64,000 bases of DNA from Neocallimastix sp. 'constans'. Taxonomy: Eukaryota. Each line of letters starts with the position of its first letter. The first letter of the stretch is position 1. The translations under genes and the position numbers were made by a program. Of the stretch, positions 37,438 to 49,300 are shown one piece after another. The stretch is from assembly GCA_050613775.1 (NCBI GenBank), contig JBODTK010000104.1:1-64000 (forward strand), in the 5' to 3' direction. Under the pieces are notes generated by a model. It saw only the letters and a program-made list of their open reading frames with translations. It was not told the DNA's origin and searched no databases.

Positions 37438-38767
37438 GAATGATAAATTTTAGAAATTATCTTAATTTTAATATAGAATTAAAAAGTGATTGTGTTAAAA
37501 AGTAAACAGGTTGAATTTAACGAGGAATCAGGTTGATATATCTATATAATATAACTATATAGATATAAGTAAATTACTAAAATAAAAGAGTTATAAAGTT
37601 AAATTTGTTAATTTAACACTTAATTAAAACTAATAATTGGTTTGATATGATAAAAATTTTTATTTATTAATAAAAATATATAGTTATATTATAATAGGTT
37701 AACTATAACCTTACAAAGGACAAAAAGATAAATTTGAATTTTCTTTTTATACTTTGTAGGTTTGAGAATATTGATAATAATAATATAAAGTTGATAATAA
37801 TAATATTTAGTATAAGAATATGTTTAATATAAATAAATTATATTTTTTAATCTAATATATTAGCTAATATATATAATATAATATTAAATTTAAATATTTA
37901 ATATAGTAATTAATAATTAATAATTAATTAAATCAATATAACATAAATTAATACATAAACATTAATTTATGAATCAAGGATGACATGACCAAATGATTCA
38001 TGTTAATAAATATTTTATTTATTAATAATATTTAAGTTTAATATGATATCATTAGAATCAGTAGGCCTAAGCTGGTCCTAAGATGATCAAATAACTTATA
38101 ATATTATAAAATAAATAAAATTTAAAGAATAATTAATGAATTATAAATTTTTATTAATTATTTTGTTTTTAATAATTTTAATTGAAATTAATTGAAATTG
38201 AAATTTAATTCAGTTGTAATTTCGACAACGCCCTTCCACAAAAATCGGATTCCAGACGATTTTGTGTAACGTTACATAAAGAAATTATTATATTTATAAA
38301 ATTGTATATTTTAAAAAATTTTTTTTTTTTTTTTTTTTTGAAGTAAAAAGGTCACATGAGTCCTTTAAAGAACACATTACAAGTGGCCATTTCATGGAAA
38401 TTTCGAAATTGTCAAAATTTACTGAAATTAAAATTTTGTTATAAAATTAAATATCGAGAAATATAATGGTGTGAATTTTATTAAAAATTTCGTTGAAAAA
38501 ATGTAAAATTGAAATTTTGAAATTGAAATTGAAATTTCATCTTAATTTTATGCATTAAATTGAAAATTTTTAAATATAATGAAAATTTATAATTTAATGA
38601 ATATAATAATGTAAAAATAAATAAAGTATTATTAAATTTCGATTTTTTAAAAATTTTTGAAATTTTGAAATGTAAAATTTTAAATTAACTAATTTAATTT
38701 TGAAATATTATTATTTAATATACTATTTATAGCTTAAGTATAATAATTTTTTTTTTTTTTTTTTTTT

Positions 38768-41700
38768 TTAATTATAAGAAAGAGAAGTGAATTTTCTATT
38801 ATTCTTTAAATATTCTTGATATATTCTTTGATTCCTTGGATTATTTTCAACTTCATAAGAAGGCACCCAATTACTTGAACTTTTATATTTGTATCTAACT
38901 CTATATTCGTAGCAGTTTTTCTTGTAGTTTGTCCTAAATCCAGAAATTTCAATAATATCATTAATGGATTCATTGTGCGAACTTCTATTTAAAAACTTTT
39001 GCGGAGTTGGGACATAAGGTTCCAATTCAGAGATATGAAAGATTGGATGATGTTTTGGAAAAGGTGACTTTTTAAGATCAATTTTATAATTATTATTCTC
39101 TAAAACATCGATTACCTTGTAAGGTCCATATTTGCAAGGAGCGAGTTTAGAACAATCTTCAATATTTAAGGAAGGAGGTGCTTGAATCCAAACCAAGTCA
39201 CCTTCTTTTATTACAGGAGGTGGCATCCTTTTCTTATCCGCATAATTTTTATATAATTCTTTAGATCTTAATAAGACATCTTTAATATGATTAAAACTTG
39301 TACTTACATTTTTAATAAATTTACTATTAGTATCAACTTGGGGTAGTAAGAAATATTCGTCCATAGATGGATGAAATCCATAGTTAATAAAGAAAGGTGT
39401 TTCTTTTGTAGATTCATTGACTGAATTATTATAAGCGAACTCTGCAAGATAGATCCAATTAATCCAATCGTCGTGATAATAAGATCTTGAATAAGCTCTT
39501 AAATACTGTTCAATAAAGGAGTTACATCTCTCAACTTGACCAACAGTCTCATGATGATCTGTTGTAGCTAATTTGGATTTAATATTAAGTAATTTCATGA
39601 ATTCTTTCCAAAGTGCACTTGTAAACTGAGGACCTCTATCTGTATACATATCATAAGGAAGGCCATGTAATTTATAAACATTATTCATAAATGCTTTGGC
39701 AGTTTGTTTTGCATCAGGAATTTGTTTGAAAGGTATTAAGTGAATCATTTTAGAGAAACGATCCACTACAACCATTATTACCGTATATCCCTTTGAATCC
39801 GGGAGGCCACATAAAAAGTCAACTTCTATAGATTTCCAAGGTCTATCAGGTGTTTCCAACGGTTGTAGAAAGCCATATTTCCTATGTCTATTAATTTTGT
39901 TTCTTGCACAACATTCACAGGAATTGACAAATTTTATAACATCATCTTGCATTTTGGGCCACCAAAAGTTTCTTGTAATTAATTCAAGAGTTCTTTTAAT
40001 TCCAAGATGACCAGCGGAAGGCTTTTCATGATATTTAGTTAAGATTTCTAATCTTAAAATTTCAGGAATATAAATTAAATTATTATATAATATAATATTA
40101 TCCTTTATTTTGAACTTATTCATTTTCCTAAAGGGTTTATAGGACATATCATTTTTAATATTCTGTGGGCTAAAATAGAGTCTAATATCATCAGCTGTGG
40201 CATCTGTTTTTGTAGCTTCTATAATTCTTTCTAAAAGATCGCTAACAACACCAATAAAACATGGAACTTCCTTTACATTTTTTATGTCAAGAATATTTTC
40301 GGTTTTAGTTTCTTCATTATTTTTTATATAATCTGGTCTTCTTGAAAGAGAATCAGGTTTTCCATTATTGGAACCTTGTCTATAAATTAATTCAAAATTA
40401 TATTCTTGGAAGAACATATGCCATCTATGTTGCCTTTGATTACCAATTTTACCACCAAGGGTATATAATAAGTTCCTATGATCAGTATAAACAGTTACTT
40501 TGTATTTCGCACCAAGTAATAAATGTCTCCATGCCAAAAAGGCTTCTCTAATAGCTAACAACTCCTTGTCTGTAATAGTATAATTAATTTCTGCACCTTG
40601 TAAGCTTCTTGAGAAATATGCAACTGGATGTAATTTATTATTATCATCCTTTTGTGATAAAACAGCACCAAGGGCAAAGTTACTTGCATCACATTCAACA
40701 ATAAATGGTTTATTATTATCCGGATGGAATAAAACTGGAGAACTGGTTAATCTTTTCTTTAATTCTGAGAATGATTCTTCACATTTGTTATTCCAATTAA
40801 ATTTAATATTTTTTCTGGTTAAATTATGTAAAGGTTTTGCAATTTTTGCAAAATCTTTAACAAATCTTCTATAATAATTGCAAAGACCTAAAAACCTCTG
40901 TACGTCCTTTAAGTTATTTGGTTGAGGCCAGTCTTTAATTGATTCTATTTTCTTCGGATCGGTAGTGACACCTTGACCTGATAATACATATCCAAGGAAT
41001 TCAACTTTCTCTTTATCAAATTCGCATTTTTCTAATTTTGCATATAAGTTATTATTAATTAATGCTTGCAAAACCTCCCTAACTTGTTTATGATGTTCTT
41101 TTAAATCTTTGGAGTAGATTAAAATATCGTCTAAATAAAGAATAACACTTTTTTCTAAATATGGTCTTAGTACCGAATTAATAAACGATTGAAAAGTAGC
41201 TGGTGCGTTTTTTAAACCAAATGGCATAACTAAGTATTCATAGTGACCATATTTAGTTCTGAAAGCTGTCTTGTATTCATCCCCTTCCTTAATACGGATT
41301 AAATTATAGGCTGAACGTAAATCTAATTTTGTAAAATACTTTGCTCCTTTAACCTTTTCAATAATTTCATTAATAAGAGGTATGGGGTACGAGTTTCTTA
41401 TAGTAACAGCGTTTAACTTCCTATAGTCTACGCATAACCGAAGTGTACCATCTTTTTTCTTTTGGAATAGAACTGGATAACCTGCAGGTGATTCAGATGG
41501 TCTAATAAATCCTTTTTTTAGGTTTTCTTTTATATATTCTTTCAAAACTTTATTTTCCTCTTCGGTTAAGGGATAGATTGGACCATAGTGAAGGGAAGCG
41601 TCCTTCTCCAGCACTATTTTGCAGTCGGTTAAACGATGTGGGGGAAGTTTATCGGCTTCGGCTTTACTAAAAACAATAAATAGATCGCGATATTGAGGCG

Positions 41701-42670
41701 GAATATCTTCAATATTTGGATCTTCATTGTCATTTTTATTAATTTCTTTATTTGATAAGAAGGAATATATTAAAAAATTGTAATTATAGTCATTGTTTAA
41801 ATTAAAATTGTTTTTTAAATATTTATTTTGTTTTTTGAAATAATATTTATATTTATTAATAAAATAATGATTTTTATTAAAAAATTTTTTATAATTAAAT
41901 TTATCACAAAATTTTGAAAATTTATTAAGGTTAAGGTTATTAAGTTTTTTATTAAAAAATTTTTTATTATAATTAAACTTCTGATCAAATTTTTTTAAAT
42001 TTTTTGAAAAATTTTTATAATTAAATTTTTTTATTGATTTATTAAAAAGTAAATAATTTTTTAAAATTTTATTTTTCATCGACTGTAGATATAAATTGTT
42101 TTTGCAATATTTATTAGGATTTTTGTTATTTTTATTTGAAAAATAATAATTTAAGTAAGAATATAATATATTCTTATCATAATTATAGTGAATTTTGAAT
42201 TTTCGCATGAATTGATTACCAAAAAGTAGATCAGTTGGTATGCAATTTGTTATTAGAAATTTTTCATTGTAATTTTTAAAATAAAATTTTTTATTCTTTT
42301 GTATTTTTATTTGAAATTTTAGCCAAACGTACTGATCTATCTTAGTAGTAGAACCAGATATACCTTTGACTGAAATTTTATTTTTTAAATTATAAATTTT
42401 TAAATTTAGTTTTTGAACTAAATTTTTTGTAATAAAATTACAAAATGATCCAGAATCTAGCATAGATTCAGATGTAATTTTTTGGTTATTTTTAATTTTT
42501 AATTTATTATTATTAATTGGTAGTCTTGTTGGAATGTAGCAATGGAATAAAAGAAAAGTTGAAGGTAGTTTTTGGGTTGTGATGTTATCAAATGAAGGAA
42601 AGTTATAATAAATTGTTTTTACATTTTTTGATGAATTGGACTCCGAGTGAAGTCCTTCATTTAGTTTTTT
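38768..42670 (-). CDS. pol: Pol of D (via -1 frameshift at A AAA AAC; ORF-track ATG 42463)
   Basis: PR LDSGS, RT YLDD, RH, IN with GPY, and a divergent chromodomain-like tail. The -1 frame is open from the slippery site. Confidence 0.93.
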   Translation of the reverse strand, partial: KKLNEGLHSESNSSKNVKTIYYNFPSFDNITTQKLPSTFLLFHCYIPTRLPINNNKLKIKNNQKITSESMLDSGSFCNFITKNLVQKLNLKIYNLKNKISVKGISGSTTKIDQYVWLKFQIKIQKNKKFYFKNYNEKFLITNCIPTDLLFGNQFMRKFKIHYNYDKNILYSYLNYYFSNKNNKNPNKYCKNNLYLQSMKNKILKNYLLFNKSIKKFNYKNFSKNLKKFDQKFNYNKKFFNKKLNNLNLNKFSKFCDKFNYKKFFNKNHYFINKYKYYFKKQNKYLKNNFNLNNDYNYNFLIYSFLSNKEINKNDNEDPNIEDIPPQYRDLFIVFSKAEADKLPPHRLTDCKIVLEKDASLHYGPIYPLTEEENKVLKEYIKENLKKGFIRPSESPAGYPVLFQKKKDGTLRLCVDYRKLNAVTIRNSYPIPLINEIIEKVKGAKYFTKLDLRSAYNLIRIKEGDEYKTAFRTKYGHYEYLVMPFGLKNAPATFQSFINSVLRPYLEKSVILYLDDILIYSKDLKEHHKQVREVLQALINNNLYAKLEKCEFDKEKVEFLGYVLSGQGVTTDPKKIESIKDWPQPNNLKDVQRFLGLCNYYRRFVKDFAKIAKPLHNLTRKNIKFNWNNKCEESFSELKKRLTSSPVLFHPDNNKPFIVECDASNFALGAVLSQKDDNNKLHPVAYFSRSLQGAEINYTITDKELLAIREAFLAWRHLLLGAKYKVTVYTDHRNLLYTLGGKIGNQRQHRWHMFFQEYNFELIYRQGSNNGKPDSLSRRPDYIKNNEETKTENILDIKNVKEVPCFIGVVSDLLERIIEATKTDATADDIRLYFSPQNIKNDMSYKPFRKMNKFKIKDNIILYNNLIYIPEILRLEILTKYHEKPSAGHLGIKRTLELITRNFWWPKMQDDVIKFVNSCECCARNKINRHRKYGFLQPLETPDRPWKSIEVDFLCGLPDSKGYTVIMVVVDRFSKMIHLIPFKQIPDAKQTAKAFMNNVYKLHGLPYDMYTDRGPQFTSALWKEFMKLLNIKSKLATTDHHETVGQVERCNSFIEQYLRAYSRSYYHDDWINWIYLAEFAYNNSVNESTKETPFFINYGFHPSMDEYFLLPQVDTNSKFIKNVSTSFNHIKDVLLRSKELYKNYADKKRMPPPVIKEGDLVWIQAPPSLNIEDCSKLAPCKYGPYKVIDVLENNNYKIDLKKSPFPKHHPIFHISELEPYVPTPQKFLNRSSHNESINDIIEISGFRTNYKKNCYEYRVRYKYKSSSNWVPSYEVENNPRNQRIYQEYLKNNRKFTSLSYN

Positions 42671-43737
42671 GAATTATTATTATTTGTACTATTATTACTG
42701 TTATTATTAATTTTATTAAAGTTATTATTATTATGGACTTTATTATAATTATTATTATAATATTTGTTATAATTATTATTATTATATTTATTATTATTGT
42801 TGTTGTTGTTATTGTGGACATTAGAAGGCTTTTTCTTTAAATTTTTATTACCATTAGATTTTAATTGACCTTTAGATTTCAAGGAATTTTCGTAAAGAAT
42901 ACATCTAGTATAAATAGTACTAAGATCAGAAGGAAATTCATCCATTTTTTCTATTTCTTCCTGGAACCTTGGGTGCAATCCATTATAAAAGAATAAAACT
43001 AAAGCTTCTTCATTCCAATTCAAACATGTTGTAAGGGTTCGAAATTCATCAATATAATCATTAATTTTCCCAAATGTGTGAGAAATTTTTGCGAGTTGGA
43101 TCATGGCTAATTTCTTACTGGCAACATTATTAAAAGCTTTCCTTAATTCTTTAATCAATTCTTCTAATGTTGCTGGACTTCTATCTTTATATTTGGCATA
43201 ATACCAATTACGAGCACCATCTCTTAAGCGTGACTTAACATAATTAATTTTTACATCCATAGTAGATTCACAGTTAGGATAAGTCTTAAAAGTATCTTCA
43301 CAGAGCTGACAAAAGAGATCGGTTTCCTTAGTATCCCCAGTGAAAAATCCAGGTTCTGGGACTTCTTGAAGTGTATTGGGAATAGTATTCCTCATTATTA
43401 CATCATTGTCTGCCTCTCTTCTTGTTGATATAGAAGCGTTATCATCTTGATTTTGAGAAGCATTAACATTAGGAATAAAATCGAATTTCTGATTTAAAAT
43501 GCTGGTAATAGAAGAAAGTTGTTTTATGATATTCTTGTTATCCCTATTTAAAGTAAAAAGTTTCTTTTGAAGATCTTCATTATATTTATTAAAATCTTCT
43601 CTTGATAAGAATGTAACTTCTGCATCTTTTGCCAGTTCAGAGACAGTAATCTGAGCGTCTGTTCTTAGCTTATTTACTTCTGACATAGGAGCAAAGTCAG
43701 GATAGGAGTTTGCCCACACGTTATTATAAAGGGACAT
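42661..43737 (-). CDS. gag: Gag of D
   Basis: 358 aa with a retrotransposon capsid-like core (LRDGARNWY, FFYNGLHP) and an Asn-rich tail without CCHC. Confidence 0.9.
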   Translation of the reverse strand: MSLYNNVWANSYPDFAPMSEVNKLRTDAQITVSELAKDAEVTFLSREDFNKYNEDLQKKLFTLNRDNKNIIKQLSSITSILNQKFDFIPNVNASQNQDDNASISTRREADNDVIMRNTIPNTLQEVPEPGFFTGDTKETDLFCQLCEDTFKTYPNCESTMDVKINYVKSRLRDGARNWYYAKYKDRSPATLEELIKELRKAFNNVASKKLAMIQLAKISHTFGKINDYIDEFRTLTTCLNWNEEALVLFFYNGLHPRFQEEIEKMDEFPSDLSTIYTRCILYENSLKSKGQLKSNGNKNLKKKPSNVHNNNNNNNNKYNNNNYNKYYNNNYNKVHNNNNFNKINNNSNNSTNNNNSKN

Positions 43738-45223
43738 ATCAAGGTGATTCTCTTTTCTAAGGTAAGGTTATTGTTAAAAAGTAAACAGGTTGAATTTAAC
43801 GAGGAATCAGGTTGATATATCTATATAATATAACTATATAGATATAAGTAAATTACTAAAATAAAAGAGTTATAAAGTTAAATTTGTTAATTTAACACTT
43901 AATTAAAACTAATAATTGGTTTGATATGATAAAAATTTTTATTTATTAATAAAAATATATAGTTATATTATAATAGGTTAACTATAACCTTACAAAGGAC
44001 AAAAAGATAAATTTGAATTTTCTTTTTATACTTTGTAGGTTTGAGAATATTGATAATAATAATATAAAGTTGATAATAATAATATTTAGTATAAGAATAT
44101 GTTTAATATAAATAAATTATATTTTTTAATCTAATATATTAGCTAATATATATAATATAATATTAAATTTAAATATTTAATATAGTAATTAATAATTAAT
44201 AATTAATTAAATCAATATAACATAAATTAATACATAAACATTAATTTATGAATCAAGGATGACATGACCAAATGATTCATGTTAATAAATATTTTATTTA
44301 TTAATAATATTTAAGTTTAATATGATATCATTAGAATCAGTAGGCCTAAGCTGGTCCTAAGATGATCAAATAACTTATAATATTATAAAATAAATAAAAT
44401 TTAAAGAATAATTAATGAATTATAAATTTTTATTAATTATTTTGTTTTTAATAATTTTAATTGAAATTAATTGAAATTGAAATTTAATTCAGTTGTAATT
44501 TCGACAGATTGTTGAAATTATAACTGAATTGAAATCTCAATTTCAGTTATTTACATTTCAATAATTAAAAATATTATTTATTTAATTATAAATAATATAT
44601 ATAAATAATATATATATTTAAATAATTAATAATTAATATAAATTCTTGTTTAATATTTAAAGGGTTATCTTAGGCCTAATAATCCTGAGAATATTAATAA
44701 ATAAGGTTTATATTAATAATTAATTTCAATGATACATTTGACGTCACGTGTATTTTATTTATATTATGTTTTTATATATGTTTACAACATATCTATATTA
44801 AATTCAATTATTCAAATTAATTATATAATTAAATTTATCCTTATATTTTATTATTATTTATATTATTATTATCTTATAATTAAATATTATTATTATGTAA
44901 CTTACAAAGTATAAAAGAAAGATGTAAAAATCTATCTTTTATGTTCTTTGTAAGGTTATTGTAAAATTACCTTAATAGTAATATATTATAGATATTTTAT
45001 TATTAAATAAAATCAATAAATTTAAAATCAAATTAATTTGATAATTCTAATTATCAAAGTTTATTATAAATAAATTTTTATTAAACTAAACATTTAAATA
45101 TTTATTATTATTATTATATATCTATATAGTATATTACTATATAGACATATCGACTTAGTGAATATTTTTATTAAAACATATTATTTTATTTAAATTTAAA
45201 TTATAAATTATATCAAAATCTTA

Positions 45224-45236
45224 ACAATAACCTTAC
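45224..45236 (+). promoter_or_regulatory. Self-priming PBS of E
   Basis: ACAATAACCTTAC pairs over 13 bp with GTAAGGTTATTGT at 44950-44962, about 40 nt downstream of TATAAAAG. Confidence 0.82.
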
Positions 45237-45260
45237 CCTAGTTTTAGTTGCTACCTTGAT

Positions 45261-46337
45261 ATGTCTTACTATACGAACGTCTGGGCTAGTTCAATACCTG
45301 ACATTGCCCCAATGTCAGAAGTTAATAAGTTAAGGTCTGACGCCCAAGTTACCGTATCAGAATTAGCTTCTTCTGTTAATGATAGCTTTTTATTAAAAGA
45401 AGATTTTAATAAATATAATCAAGACTTACAGAAAAAACTCTATACACTTAATAGAGATAATAAAAATATTATTAATCAACTTTCTAATTTAACTAAAATA
45501 TTCAATGAAAAATTAGATATAAAAATTAGTACCAATGATGATCCCTCTTCTAGCCAATCTGTACCACAAAATCAAGATGATAACGCCTCTATTTCTACCA
45601 GACGTGATGCAGACAATAATGTCATCATGAAAAATAGTTATTCTAATAATTTGCAACAAGTACCTGAACCTGGATTCTTCTCAGGTAACACTAATGACAC
45701 TGATTTATTCTGTCAATTATGTGAAGATACTTTCTCAACTTATCCCAACTTAGGTTTACCAGAAGAAGTAAAAATAAACTTTGTTAAATCTCGTTTGAGA
45801 GACGGTGCAAGAAATTGGTATATTGCTACCTATAACGAGAACAATCATCCAGGAACACTAAAGAAATTATTAAGTGATATAAAGAAAACTTTCACGAATG
45901 TTGCAAGTAAAAAATTGGCTAAAATCCAGTTAGTAAAATTAAAACATTCGTATGGGAAAATAAATGATTATATAGAAAAGTTTAGAACGTTAACTACTGG
46001 TCTGTCTTGGGACCAAGAAGCTTTAGTCTTATTTTTCTATAATGGACTTCACCCAAAGTTCCAAGAAGAAATAGATAAAATGGAAGAATTCCCTACAAAG
46101 CTTGGTGATATTTATACTAAGTGCATCTTATTTGAAAATAATATTAAAAGTAAGGACCAATTAAGAAATAATATTGGTAATAAAAATTTGAGAAAGAAAC
46201 ATTCAAGCCCACATGTAAACAATAGCAAGAATTATAATAATAATAATAATTATTATTATACTAAAAATAAATCTAGCAATAATTATTTTAATAATAATAA
46301 CAATAATAATAATCAACATAATAACCAAAAAAACTAA
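45261..46337 (+). CDS. gag: Gag of E
   Basis: 358 aa, clearly homologous to D gag. Confidence 0.9.
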   Translation: MSYYTNVWASSIPDIAPMSEVNKLRSDAQVTVSELASSVNDSFLLKEDFNKYNQDLQKKLYTLNRDNKNIINQLSNLTKIFNEKLDIKISTNDDPSSSQSVPQNQDDNASISTRRDADNNVIMKNSYSNNLQQVPEPGFFSGNTNDTDLFCQLCEDTFSTYPNLGLPEEVKINFVKSRLRDGARNWYIATYNENNHPGTLKKLLSDIKKTFTNVASKKLAKIQLVKLKHSYGKINDYIEKFRTLTTGLSWDQEALVLFFYNGLHPKFQEEIDKMEEFPTKLGDIYTKCILFENNIKSKDQLRNNIGNKNLRKKHSSPHVNNSKNYNNNNNYYYTKNKSSNNYFNNNNNNNNQHNNQKN

Positions 46338-49300
46338 TTGATGGACTTCAAAAGGAGTCCAGAACATCAAAAAATTTAAAAACAATTTATTATAATTTTC
46401 CTACACTTGATTCAATTAATGAATCAAATCTCCCATCTACTTTCCTTTTATTTAAATCCTATATTCCTATTAAATTTTTAAATAATTTTACAATTAAAAA
46501 TGAAAAAAATCAAAAATTAACATCTGAATCTATGTTAGATTCAGGATCTTTTTGCAATTTTATCACAGAAAAATTAGCAAATAAATTAAAACTAAATATT
46601 CAAAAAACAAAAAATAAAATCCTAGTTAAAGGTATTTCAGGCAGAACTACCAAATTAGATCAATTTGTTTGGTTAAATTTTCAAATTAAAATTTTTAAAA
46701 ATAATAAATTTTATTTTCAAGATTTTAAAGAAAAATTTTTAATCTCAAATTGTATTCCTACTGATTTACTTTTTGAAATCAGTTTATTAGGAAATTCAAA
46801 ATACATTACAATTATAAAAATAATACCTTATATTCTTATTTAAATTATAATTCTTTAAATGATCATAAAAATAAATCCATAAAATATAAGGGAAATAATT
46901 TTTATTTAAACTCGTTGAAAAGAAAAATTTTTAAAAATAAATTTTTTAAAAGAAAAATAAAAAATAAATTTTATTATAAAAATTTTTCAAAAAATCGATC
47001 AAAAAATAATTCAAAAAATATCTCCAAAAAATTTAATTTAAAAAATTTAAAAAATTTTTCAAAAAATCCAAAGTTTAATAAATATAAAAATTCTATTAAT
47101 AAAAATTCTAAAATTTATGTATATGTAAAATATTTAAATAAATCTAAAAGTAAATTTTCTTCCAAAAAATTTAACAAAAATCATCTAGATTTATATAATA
47201 ATAAAAAAGAATTTAGTTATAATTTTTTAATATATTGTTTTCTTTCAACGAAAGATAAAGTTGAAATTGAAAATGAGGAACCAAAAATAGAAGAAATTCC
47301 TCATCAATATCAAGATTTAGCAATCGTATTTAGCAAAAAAGAGGCAGATAAATTACCTCCTCACCGTTTAACCGACTGTAAGATTGTTTTAGAAAAAGAC
47401 GCTACACTCCATTACGGCCCAATTTATCCATTAACTGAAGAAGAATCACAAGTTCTTAAGGACTATATAAAAGAAAATTTAGAAAAAGGATTTATTAGAC
47501 CATCAGAATCTCCTGCTGGATATCCTGTCCTTTTTCAAAAGAAAAAAGATGGTTCCCTTCGGTTATGTGTAGACTATAAAAAATTAAATGCAGCAACTAT
47601 AAGAAATTCATATCCTCTCCCTCTAATAACAGATATAATAGAAAAAGTAAAGGGAGCAAAATATTTTACGAAATTGGATTTACGTTCTGCTTATAATTTA
47701 ATAAGAATTAAAGAAGGTGATGAATATAAAACTGCGTTTAGAACTAAATATGGTCATTATGAATATTTAGTTATGCCGTTTGGATTAAAGAATGCGCCTG
47801 CCACTTTCCAATCATTTATTAACTCTATTCTTAGACCATACTTGGAAAAATGTGTAATCTTATATTTAGATGATATTTTAATTTATTCCAAAGATTTAGA
47901 GGAACATCATAATCAAGTCAGAAACGTCCTTCAAACTTTAATTAATAATAATTTATATGCAAAATTAGAAAAATGTGAATTTGACCAGAACAAAGTTGAA
48001 TTTTTAGGTTACATTTTATCTGGTGATGGTGTATCTACTGATCCAAAGAAAATTAAATCAATAGAAGAGTGGCCAAGGCCAGAAAATTTAAAAGATGTTC
48101 AAAGATTTATTGGCCTATGTAATTACTATAGAAGATTTGTTAAAGATTTTGCAAAAATTGCAAAACCCTTACATAATTTAACAAGGAAAAATATTAAATT
48201 TATATGGACAAATGAATGTGAAAATGCTTTTAAGGAATTAAAGAAAAGATTAATTACTTCCCCAATTCTACTTCATCCTGATATTACAAAACCTTTTATA
48301 GTAGAATGTGATGCAAGTAATTATGCTATTGGTGCTGTTCTATCTCAAAGGGATAAAGATAATAATTTACATCCAGTAGCATATTATTCTAGAAGTTTAC
48401 TAAACGCCGAAATAAATTATACAATAACTGATAAAGAACTACTCGCTATAAGGGATGCTTTTATTGCTTGGAGACATCTACTCCTTGGTGCTAAATACCA
48501 GATTACTGTTTATACAGATCATAGGAACTTAATATACACATTAGGAGGAAAGGTTGCAAATCAAAGACAACATAGATGGTACCTTTTCTTCCAAGAATAT
48601 AATTTTATAATAAAGTATAGGCAGGGAAACAAAAACGGAAAACCTGACAGTCTATCTAGGAGACCTGATTATATTAAAAACAACATTGAAGAAAAACCTG
48701 AAAATATTTTAGACATTAAAAATGTTAAAGAAATTCCATGTTTTGTTAGTATTGTTAGTGATCTTTTAGAAAGAATTATTGATGCTACCAAGTCTGACGC
48801 TACAGCTGAGGATATTCGACTTTACTTTAGTCCTCAAAATGTAAAAAATGATATGTCCTATAAGCCCTTCAGAAAAATGGAAAAGTTTAAAATAAAAGAC
48901 AATTTAATACTTTATAATAATCTAGTCTATATTCCTGAAGTTCTCCGACTAGAAATATTAACTAAGTATCATGAAAAGCCTGCTGCCGGTCATTTAGGAA
49001 TTAAAAGAACTTTAGAGTTAATAACAAGAAACTTTTGATGGCCTAAAATAAAAGAAGATGTAACCAAATATGTAAACTCTTGTCAGTCCTGTGCAAGAAA
49101 CAAAATAAATAGGCACAGAAAATATGGTCTTCTACAACCTTTGGATACTCCCGAAAGACCTTGGAAATCTATTGAAATCGACTTTCTATGTGGTCTTCCC
49201 GATTCTAAAGGATATACAGTAATAATGGTAGTTGTAGATCGTTTTTCTAAAATGATCCACTTAATTCCCTTTAAACAAATACCTGATGCAAAACAAACTG

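Larger units (their letters stand above)
37493..44506 (-). mobile_element. Self-priming Ty3/gypsy element D, intact
   Basis: LTRs 43772-44506 (5') and 37493-38227 (3') look identical; 5-bp TSD GATTG; PPT GTGGAAGGG; PBS ATAACCTTAC. Confidence 0.96.

Noticed and set aside
44729..44914. Hydrophobic 61-aa ORF in the E LTRs as an env-like gene
   Set aside because: It is an AT-composition artefact lying inside the LTR and is not conserved in D.
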